Assembly (NCBI GenBank): GCA_030141605.1
Contig: JAQGDQ010000067.1
Span: 1-64,000 of the forward strand
DNA length: 64,000 nucleotides
Direction of reading: 5' to 3'
DNA from: Tubiluchus corallicola
Taxonomy: Eukaryota > Animalia > Priapulida
The notes beneath the pieces were generated by a model. The model saw only the letters and a list, made by a program, of their open reading frames with translations, had not been told where the DNA came from and searched no databases. Made by a program: the position numbers and the translations under genes. Positions 53,960 to 64,000 of this stretch are shown piece after piece; within the stretch, counting starts at the first letter, position 1, and every line of letters begins with the position of its first letter.

Positions 53960-56200
53960 TAAGCATATATAAGATTGATCGTCATTTAGCACGTATACTA
54001 ATACCTAATATCGTGTTACACAGCTGATTCACATTTGCATTACTACCGTTTATTATCCTTATATACATGCTAAACACACATTTTCTTATAACAAAATCAA
54101 AGTATTTTAAATTGTAGGATACACATAATTGTCTTGCACTAAAGTTTAACGGCTTTCCGTAGTTTCTACGGAAGTAATTTACGTAGTAATACATTGTATG
54201 CTGCCTTTAGTTTTTCAATATTGTAAAGATTGTAGTTTCTCCATGTGGCCATACAGTAATAGTTGCTGCAGTAGCTGTTTATCAAATATCTTTTTACATC
54301 ATCACTACAATTTTTAAATGTATTTAGCAGTTTGTTTGTTCTACAATAAAACAGGAAACGTTGCTTTATGATGTCTACATCGTCTTTGTTTGTCGAAGTT
54401 ATGATATGTCCTAAGTATATTTCGTGATAGCACACGCTTATACTACAGTTTTTTACATATAATGAGCTAAACGATATTTGTGACATGGTATTTGATAATA
54501 AATAATAATAATAACTTTATTTAAAGTTGGCTTTTTGGATCAACAATTAACATAAGCTCCGAAGAGCTTTTCGGCCGACTGTAAGCAACAACCTACAACT
54601 ACATAACAGAGACTATTATTGCCTCACTTTTACCCTAAATGCCACGCGTCAGGCAGGGCAACAGCAGGTACCATTTTTAAAGTCTTTGGTATTACACGGC
54701 CGCTGTATCGAACTCGCGACCTCCCAGACGGAAAGCGAACGCGTTAGCACTAGACCAAACCATCTGATTTAAGGAGATTAATTTTGTTTTACTCTCATTC
54801 ACTAGTATGTCATGTTCGACAGAATACTTCATGTATATATCAACTAACTGTTGTAAAACACTCATTGTTGTTGCCAGGAGACACATATCATCAAATGGTT
54901 AACACATTTTTCACCAATGCAACAGCCTTTATGTGTTGCACTTAATTTAACACTAAGCTCCCTGAAATAAAAGTTGAAAAGAACAGGACATAGTATTCCA
55001 CCTTGTTTAACACTGTTTCCTACTTTAAAGATTTGGGAATTAAATTGATCCCATCTAACAGTAAGCGACTGCTCTGAATAAAAAAAATTACAGCACACGT
55101 ACAATAATTTTTGGAACTATAGTTTGTAGTAATTTAAAGAATAGCTTGTGGTAGTTCACTAAGTCAAGTGCTTTTGAGATATCCAACAACAATAGATGCG
55201 CAGTGGTTTGCTTATTCAGATATGACTCTAAAAGTTTCTTCATTGTGTAAATGCAAAGTTCAGTGCAGCACTTTTCTGCAAAGCTAAACTGTAGAGATGT
55301 TCTTGCAAAATTGTCACTGTATCTGTTGAGTATTAGTCTAATAATTTACTACACATGGTCGAGATGGCTATCGGTCTGTAGTTATTTTTTAACGCTAAAT
55401 CTTCATTTTTGTTTTTAGCAAGGAGTCATAGATGAATTGAAAGATGCATAACTATAGTGTTCAGCGCGTAGGCCATCAGGCCTCGATGACTTGTGCAGTT
55501 TTAGCTCTTGTACGCAAGCTTGGTCGTCGGGAGCCGTAAATCGAGGTATGGAATCTAGTTCCGTTGTCAGAGCCCTTGACAATTCTTCGGGCGGATACCC
55601 ATTGTCTACTGAGTTAAGCAGGCAGCATAAATGTCTTTCTCACCTGTGGCTCCTACACGTGGCGATTGCGGTACTTTTTTCCAGACTAAGTTTTCCAGAC
55701 TTAGTTTAACATAAGTATTACCTTGCATATACATATATGCAATTTGTCAGCTATAATAGCAGCCTCATGCTCCTGCAGTCTCTGACAGCATATTTAAATT
55801 GCGCACGCGCACACCTCAAGTTTTCAGCCAGAAAACCACGTCAAGGTTTTCCATGAAGGCGCCACAAAGTAAAACAGTATCTAGTTGATGTTTTTCTCGG
55901 ACATCCCACAATGTTCGTTATTCTGATTACTAGGGCGTTTAGGAATAGCTAGAGCTGAAGCCATGCGAAGTGCGTCCGCGATGGTTGACGCGTTCAATAG
56001 GTTCCTGTGCTCAACTGACATGCAGTCATTGTGTTCACTCAATAATACGTGGTAAGGAGAATGTACTTCTGATAATGTTGAATAAGTTACATTGCGATAA
56101 CCAGTGACATGTCTATCTCTGACATTCTCCCAATTTACAGCATGTACTTTATCATATTTACTTATAGCTTATCTCATCACTGGGTTTTGGACTAAGACTA
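53960..56200 (-). mobile_element. Decayed RTEX/L2-like LINE RT
   Basis: NNYRPIAIS, NSVKQGGILCPVLFNFY, YLGHII, AYNVLLRKL motifs with many disruptions; boundaries approximate. Confidence 0.7.
54495..54762 (-). mobile_element. tRNA-derived SINE with MetaSINE-like central domain, nested in the LINE
   Basis: A-box-like TGGTCTAGTGCTAA, B-box GAGTTCGATAC, then TACCAAAGACTTTAAAAATGGTACCTGCTG, and a (TTA)n tail. Confidence 0.75.
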
Positions 56201-56406
56201 ATACCGTCACGTTGTGATGGAGCTCAGTGTGTTCTTGGTCTTGTTCTTCTAATTCCTATTCTTCTTCTACTCTTCTAGTTCTCTTTCTCGTTCTTGTCTT
56301 GCTCTTCTTGTACTTGTTCTTGTTCTTGTTGTCGTTGTTGCTGTCGTTGTTGTTGTTTTTGTACTATTTTAAAATAAAGTGATTTAAACCTAACTTAAAC
56401 TTTTAC

Positions 56407-56533
56407 CTGCAAGTCCAGTTGTGCACTAGTACCTGGTGATTGAAATGTAGTGGTCGTCCCATCTACTGAAAGTCTTCCCGTCTGACTTTCACGGTGTAAA
56501 GAAACAGTGTGCCACTGACCATCATCTACACGC
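56407..56533 (-). CDS. Nrxn: alpha-neurexin exon, LNS3 (RVDDGQWHTVSLHRESQTGRLSVDGTTTTFQSPGTSAQLDLQ)
   Basis: Translated by hand (absent from ORF track); ctcttttag acceptor, GTAAAA donor; 127 nt, phase 2/0 fits both neighbours; DG.WH motif. Confidence 0.92.
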
Positions 56534-57649
56534 CTAAAAGAGACGTGAATGAATGTTTTTCATCCGGCGAATGAAATTTAAAGCAGCACATTAAAGAAAA
56601 ACAGGGCGGTTTTTCAAATTTTTATATCATACCCAATTTTGAAGAACGGTAAAAAGTATACATTATAATAATAATATGTATAATTATTAATAATCTGTGA
56701 TAATGCCAAAGGGTTTCTGGAGTTACCTTCAAGCTATGTAAATCTCGCTAAAATATATCATGAGTATAAAATTTCAAGATTGGTGCGTGCCAGTTAGATA
56801 GTAGCCCCGTCTGAGGGGTACCACTAATTTCTTTTGCCTAGGGCCCCAAAAGGTCAATATCCGGTCATGACAGCAAGGAAAGCGATGTCATTGATGCTAC
56901 ATGAGTATCTGATAAGCCTACAGTTATCTATGATTAATTTGCTAGAACAAAGTAACACGTACGATGATGCGGGGCAATGTTGCCTACCAACAATCAGCGG
57001 TGGTCAAGCAGCAAAAAAGGCTGATGAAAAGCTGCAGCTTTTGGCTTCTCGTGCACGCATTGCCGGGCATATTTTTATTATTATTCTGTTATTACTTTAT
57101 TCATTTACAAAATCTACAATAAAAGTAGAAAGACCAAAGGTTTGAAGCACTTATGCACTTTAATTAAAATGCATATAATATAGGTTAAAAATGCTTATGC
57201 AAAGTATTATATAATATTATACAAATCGCAAGTGAGGAAATCTCTTACTAAAATATAAGTAAAAATTCGCTCGGAGAGAACCACAGATATTATGACATAA
57301 ATTGATTAAAATGACAATTATAGTAAATCAACATTAGACAACTTTATGCAAAAAAGTGTATAATAGTTCGAATTTACAATAGCTGGATCAAGGCTATTCC
57401 TTGAAAATGAAAATTTATCTAAATTTAAGCAAAAAAATACAAATTACTTGTTACTAAGGCCACATGTAACTACTGTTTACAGATGGGGCACATTGAAAAT
57501 AAATCAGTGAAAGGTAGATATACTACTAGTTTATGGCAAATTTTGCAAACTATTTTCAAATCGAAAATTATACGTTAAGTTTTGTGGCCTACTGGCTTGT
57601 GCTGCAACAAAAACCTATAAAACAATCTTAGTTTTAAAGGAAACAGAAC

Positions 57650-57900
57650 GAGAGGAATGAGAGAGAGAGAGAAGGGGGAAGTGAGGGACAGAGAATGAGA
57701 GGGTGAGAGGGGTGAACGAGAGGGACTAAGGAAAGGAGGGATGGATGGAAGGAAGGAGGAGAGAGAGAGAGAGCAAAAGAGGATGAGAGGAAGAGAGTGA
57801 AGTAGAGAGTAAGACAGAACAAGAATGAAAAGGATTAGAGAGACGACAAAAACGAAGAGCGAATGAGAGGGAGAGAGAAGGTAGGAAATGAGGGAGATCG
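57650..57900. repeat. Polypurine GA-rich low-complexity tract
   Basis: Read directly. Confidence 0.85.
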
Positions 57901-58869
57901 GGGCGAGCAGAAAAAGTAACATCAAAGGTTTTATTCTATTAACAGCAGATTAGCAGATTTTTCTACTAAAACAGAACCCTGATTCTTCTGTGATAAAATC
58001 TTACTGAGCAAAATATATTTATTCGAGTTTTCTAGAATCAGTCATTTTTTCCGTGAAGTTATTTTTCTGGGAAAGAGTTTTTCTGTAAAAAAAATTATGG
58101 GAAACACTTTTTTCTGGGAAACGTAATTAATTCTCTCTCGACAACATTATTTGGCATACAAGCTTGCACTAGAGGAAGAAATCTCGCGAAACGAAAGACT
58201 ATATTGAACTGACCGCGGCCAAAAGGTCCTGTGTTCAGAATTGGCTTTGGTCTTTTGCTGTGAAATTTGTAGAAACTCTTCAAAACAGTGTAGAAAACGC
58301 AATGAGCAAATTCAGAGAAAAAGTAGCCAGCAAACTTGTCCTGTATCCCTCATACTGGTCGTCCTACGAGGAACAGGTGCTAAGGTAACTGTACTTGCTG
58401 CTATTGGACCAGGAAACCTCTTTCTGCATGCTAGCTTTCCTTTTAGGTGCTACAGATTTCCGTTTTAAGTGCACAGGTTAGGTAATGAAAAGAACCATTG
58501 CAACATAGGAGAACATGAAAAACTGGTTTCACTACATTATTATAATATACGGTGTAAAGACTATTTTCCTCTTATTTGTGTTTCGCCTTCAAGTCTTTCC
58601 GTGAGTGGTTTTAAGGTGTTTCGTTTTTGATAGCATTGGAGCTTTTCCATCTCACAAAAGGCAAGACAACTGAAAAGAATCAAGTACAGGACTAAAGCGG
58701 CCAGACTGTCCCATCCGAACAGAATTCCTAACGTATGGTGCTTCTTAGTAATTTTACATTTTAACATATCCGTGTAATGACGTTAATCGCTGAAATCAGT
58801 GAAACGTTCAGGCATTGAAAAATAAATTTGACTGCAATTGTAACAAAAATATTAATACTAGTATCATAC

Positions 58870-59225
58870 CTATTTGTTGCTTTTAGTTTTGTTACTCCTG
58901 AACCCATATTCATAATCATGTACACATGACCTGCCATCATTTCAAAAGCAAAGAAATCCGGCATAGATACATGACGTGCACCATTGTTGTACATTAAAAG
59001 GCCATCTGGTTCATTAGTCCGAAATTTAAAAGATATACTGCCAGATTTTTTGGCTTCCCATTTAGGTAGACTCAGATACGCCCAGTCGGTGGTAAACGTT
59101 ATGGGCTGCGATTCCTCAAATGTATCACACTCAAACGTCAAGTCCCCGTGCACCGTGAGGAACTGGTGATTGTTTTGCGCTAAGTCTGTGAGATCCAGCT
59201 TTAAGCTATCAGCTTCAAAAGTTAC
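58870..59225 (-). CDS. Nrxn: alpha-neurexin exon, LNS2 end and LNS3 start (VTFEADSLKLDL...PITFTTDWAYLSLPKWEAKKSGSISFKFRTNEPDGLLMY...GSGVTKLKATNR)
   Basis: tacag acceptor, GTATGA donor; 356 nt, phase 0/2; LPKW..KK.GSISF.FRT.EP.GL motif is typical of neurexin LNS3. Confidence 0.95.
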
Positions 59226-59908
59226 CTGTACAAAAATAAGCAAACGTGCTCAAGATCTTTATTTTGGCGTCATAAGAAAATTTGTTGAGCGTGCATGGTA
59301 ACAGAAAACGCAATGTTCATGTGAAAACATAATGAAAGACGCAAGTTCAGTCATACTGTCAAACAATCTTGCTCTGAAATTCTGTAGATTTGTACCGATT
59401 TTAAGTTAATATAAAGTCATATATTGGTAAATCTGCATAAAGTCAACAAAAACGTTGTACCGAAAGGCGTTGGGAAACAAGGCATACCATATAAGCCCAT
59501 GAAAATGTTAACTGCAATAATGTTAGAATAGTGAAACGCTTTCGTGCACGGCGAATTGATGAAGTTACTCAGTCCATGTTAGGCGTAGAATTTTTCAACT
59601 AATAACCATGCGCATTGACAATCTTGGGCAATATAAGATGAAAGAAACTCAGAATAATGAAAACATCATAGTACATATTCTACCAAAATATATTATATTT
59701 AATAATGCAATTTTCGATAGCTTCATCTTCAAGCAATAGAAAATGAATTGTCAGAAGACTAAAGTGTAAAGCTGTGCGAAGATTTGGGTTATTAAATGAA
59801 AAATATTTTGTAGAATATCTAATATGATACTTTCATTATTCGGAGTCTTTTTTCAACTTTCATGATTTTAAAGATTCAAAATTTCATTAATTCCGCATTA
59901 ACACAGTT

Positions 59909-60046
<138 letters not shown>

Positions 60047-60192
60047 AAAGATTTGAACTGCTCTAATGTGTGTTAATGCGGAATAAATCAGGTACGTGTA
60101 TAATAAAATTTTCACAAATTACACAGCGCAAACTCAGAAAATTCAGAAATTTCAATAAATATACTGCCAGATAAGATGATGCCGAGCCTTAC

Positions 60193-60351
60193 CTTACGCA
60201 AACACCCTATGTAGTAATTTCTAATATGCCCGCCTGGAAGTGAATAGACGTCTTGGCTTCCGCCTACGTACACCACTGTGCTTGTCAAGGTAGTAAAATC
60301 TCCAGCAGTAGCCCCCTTCTCTTCATAGCTGGCGTCTATTCTTAATAGATA
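60193..60351 (-). CDS. Nrxn: alpha-neurexin exon, C-terminal part of LNS2 (YLLRIDASYEEKGATAGDFTTLTSTVVYVGGSQDVYSLPGGHIRNYYIGCLRK)
   Basis: ttatttcag acceptor and GTAAGG donor; 159 nt, phase 0/0; resembles neurexin LNS2 end (YVGGS...LPGS...NNFMGCLK). Confidence 0.9.
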
Positions 60352-60759
60352 CTGAAATAATTGCATACTATGTACAATCCATTGAAACCTTACTTTTCAC
60401 AAACAGTCTGGATTATTTATTCTATTTATGTCTATTTATGATGACAATACTGTATTTACTGCTTGTGTCAGCCGTCAAATAACAAATATCTGTAAATACA
60501 TTTTCGCAAATAAGGTCATACTCGTCCAGGTTACATTAAAATTAAAGAAACGTGCCACATTATCCATACAAAACTACACAAAAATCTATTATGTTTCATA
60601 CTTAATTTTCGAAAAAATAATAGCAATAGTTGGTTTTAATTATGCAGGCAAATGGGTATTTATCCCTCTTAATGGGGAAAGGACAGGCGTTCACCGATAC
60701 CCCCTAGAAATTCGCCTTTTGAAGCCTGTTCATATTGGGCCCTATTAACCTGATGTGCA

Positions 60760-61750
60760 TGGTGTTCATTTGCTCAGTAGCTCCTTCCCTCGCGTGAATC
60801 ACGCAAACAATGACGTTGTGTTCACAAAATCTTTTTTATGCCTTTATAATGTTGTACACAACAAACGTATTTTACTAAAAGAGTCCTCGATGTACTGGTG
60901 CCCCAGAAGTGGAATAAAGAACCTCGGACTGTCTTTCTTAATCACGGCTTCTGCTGTTGTGCACAGTGCACACGAGGTTTCCTTTTACCTTCCCTGTCCC
61001 GCATCTTTTCCGTATCGGCTTTCTCTTTCCGTTGAAGCTGTCTGCACTCACAGCTCGCTTTTGTAATACGTATGTTGATTTTTGGTGATGTAGCTCTATA
61101 GAGAAGAGAACTCTGAATTTAAACCTGTTGGCTTGCAGATAATACATATCAAAGCAAAGAATAAAGGAGTCGAACTTTGAAATGAAGCCCAACCCCATCC
61201 CCTACAGGCAGCAATTGTTCCAATCTGGCAGCTTCTGCATCTTGCAGTCCTCTTCAGTCATCTAAAGTTTAGCTTACCAGTAGATATCAGTGGCACAGGA
61301 AGAAAAAGTGGGACTGTTTGTTCGTGATTTTGCTGTAGCGTCAGTGTAGCTTCACGGCTTTGAAAATCCTATGTGGATCTGGAAGTATGGACAATATAAT
61401 ATCAGACTTGGATAACCGGAAGCTGTCAATCACACACTTAGGCGACTCAGTGTATTTGGTCGCTGTGCAGTAAAGGAAGAAGGGAAGCCTAAAAATTGCT
61501 ATTTTGTTACTATCTGAGCAGGTCACAGCTGACAGCGTCTCAACCACTTTCTTGTAGAAACATGAGGACTAAACGAATGTCATCACTAATGCTATTCGTA
61601 AAGTATGAAATGTACTCACTCATTCTCTATAACGACAGAGTTTGGTCTTTATACCAACAACAAGGAAAACACTACATGTCGGCACTATAGCAGCATAAAA
61701 GAAGAGTAGGACGAAGCCGTGTAACCCTTCAAATGAAAAGTTGCCTAGCT
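60760..61750 (-). mobile_element. Possible decayed Sola-like DNA transposase
   Basis: Fragments LCFDM...LQKRA and PLLGHQYIEDSFSKI loosely recall Sola motifs; weak. Confidence 0.25.
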
Positions 61751-64000
61751 AAAAATCTCGTTGGCCTTCCAAAAGTCATTATCCATCAGCTTATATAAGG
61801 GCTAGCTAAAGGTAATTTCTAGGAAGAACTGACACTACGAATGACAAGGTTATGTTAAGATGCGCAACGACAAAAGTTCTAACGTCAAAATTAAAAACAA
61901 CAAGTTTTTTCTCAAAACAAACATTATAACACTGAAAGGACAAATGCTGTAGAGTTCAAATCGACGACGAACTTATAAATTTCAGCAATTTTGTAAAGTT
62001 TGGCAAAATCAAAGACAAATGTAATATTTTAACGTCAAATTTATAAACATTGTCAAATTAGCGACAGACATTATAAATTTGCTTGAGTGTAGTAAAAGTG
62101 TAATTTATGTCTCACAGCTGTTTTTGCGATTTTTAGAACCCATCAGCCAACTACTTTAAAGTATAATCACAATCAAATGTTTTGAGCCTTGAGTTCCCGG
62201 ATTATTCAGGTTTCATGATTGTTTCACTAGATAGAAATGTATTTTTACATGGATACATTGAAAGTACATGTGAACAATGTTTCCATGCAGTTACGAAAGT
62301 TAAAAAAGACGATTTTAAATAAGTAAATTTCACCCTAAAATTACATGTTACAGCAGCATAAAGAGAACAATGGGAATGCATTACATTAAAATTAACAGTT
62401 ACTGATAATAATGATCATGATTTAGATTGTATTTGGACATATTAAGAGGCAAAGTTTCGCATTAAAACTTTTTAAATGTAATTATATTAGATACCGTTAA
62501 ATAAAATAATTTATACATAATAATTTTACAGCTGCTACCTGCTGTAGAAGAGTTGTTTTGGATGCGGTACAGAAAAATGGATCCTTAAACCGTGGTCAAT
62601 TTGTTGTTTGTGTTTATCTTTGAAAGCTATCGTAGGGCACAGTTTTCATTGTAGGAAGCTGAAATTTTGCATGAAAATACTGTGGATGCAGACCGCAACG
62701 GATGATTTTCACGTTCCCATTACGGCTCTCAGTTATGTTCGTTAAATTGATCACACCCATTTAATGGCTGGGATTTCTTTCCAGATCTGCCCCCAACGAA
62801 GTTGCGTATTCATGACAACAGTAAACATTTGCCATGACATTCTTGCGGAAACCATTGAATGAAAAAAGGACCTGCCAGACCCAAGGATAATAGTACTCCC
62901 ATTCTTGTTATGTTTCATACAGGATGGCTGTAAAAATACCTGACTGCTCTCTGCTTAAAACGAAAGAGAGATTTTACATTGAATTACATAGAAAGGGAAA
63001 GCAAAAAACACTGTCTTTCTAATCGACGAATAATACCAGTAATATTCAGTAACACACTGCACAGTAAAAATAATAAATTACCAGCTTATTATTGTTATGC
63101 TTGAATCTTATACATATTAGGGTCAAATTTGTCGGTAAAAACAGCTGCGGTGCGGTAAACTCGTGTGGTAAAAGCAGCTGCGCTTATTGACAAAATAAGA
63201 TCATTGTCTCTAAATTCGTACTGTTGCACATATATACTGTTGCACAAGTATCTAGTGATAATTCACTAGAGAAAGAACTAAGGTCCCATCCATCATGCAC
63301 CATGCAACTCAAGACCGCGGGATCTAGAAGGTAGCATATACATGATCAGGTTTGTTAAGGCCTAATTATGATAAAAAAAGGAATGACTCGACAATCGTTC
63401 GAACTTTCTAAAATGATTTCAAGCTTCTTTTAACAAATGTTATATTCTTGCAAATATAATAATTCAACGTTGTAGCTCAAAATTGCATGAGACAGCAATT
63501 TACCTTTTAAATTTGGCTAAAATTTTATCAGAAAGCATTAAGAAAACATTTGAAAGTTATCGCCTTTAGACTAGACGAAGTTTCGGGAAAGTGGAATCCT
63601 ATAACTAATCTTGTCAATTTGAGTATGCTGAAATGCGAAAAATACCTGTTGAAAGCTTGAAAAATTAAGGGAAAAGGATCAAGAACGAAAAAAAACAAGA
63701 TGGTCGCCACGTTTCTGCGCAAATAACATATATATATATATATATATACCTACTAGTTGTTTATAATATAATTAAAACAATATAATTAACAGAAGTTCCC
63801 AGAAAATTAACATTACGAGGTAATTCTTACATCTATTTCAGGTTAGTAGGACCTAAGCAATTCGTTTTGTTACTTTTATTTCAAAAATAGTTTTCGTTTT
63901 CTAAATAGTTGCCGCACAGAAAGAAATTATACTAATCATGCAATAATTGCTTCTCCCGAAGACTTTTTCAAGTCGGCGGAGAAAATGGCTGTTGCTAGTT

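Noticed and set aside
54700-54762. tRNA-like sequence on the minus strand
   Set aside because: Runs into a SINE body and tail and lacks a proper cloverleaf; annotated as a SINE
60352-64000. Further upstream neurexin LNS2 exons
   Set aside because: No convincing open, spliceable LNS-like segment found by eye; presumably beyond the window

Overview
AT-rich, repeat-dense animal (invertebrate-like) genomic DNA. The window holds the middle and 3' part of one alpha-neurexin gene on the minus strand. Twelve exons from 60351 down to 13720 have GT-AG boundaries and splice phases that chain without error, encoding the end of LNS2, LNS3, EGF2, LNS4, LNS5, EGF3 and LNS6. The introns contain decayed LINEs (L2/CR1, Jockey/I-like, RTEX-like), several Ty3/Gypsy remnants (Mag-like with an LTR, Gmr1-like, one with an env-like remnant), a hAT fragment, a tRNA-derived SINE, Penelope-like hammerhead remnants and many microsatellites. 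The main anomaly is the next neurexin exon (stalk with the heparan-sulfate Ser and Cys-loop, 4701-4821). It lies on the OPPOSITE strand, inside a 2.17 kb spacer between two near-identical inverted LINE copies (arms of at least 3.2 kb). This is either a LINE-mediated exon inversion or an assembly flip. All calls come from reading the sequence by eye; no searches were run.
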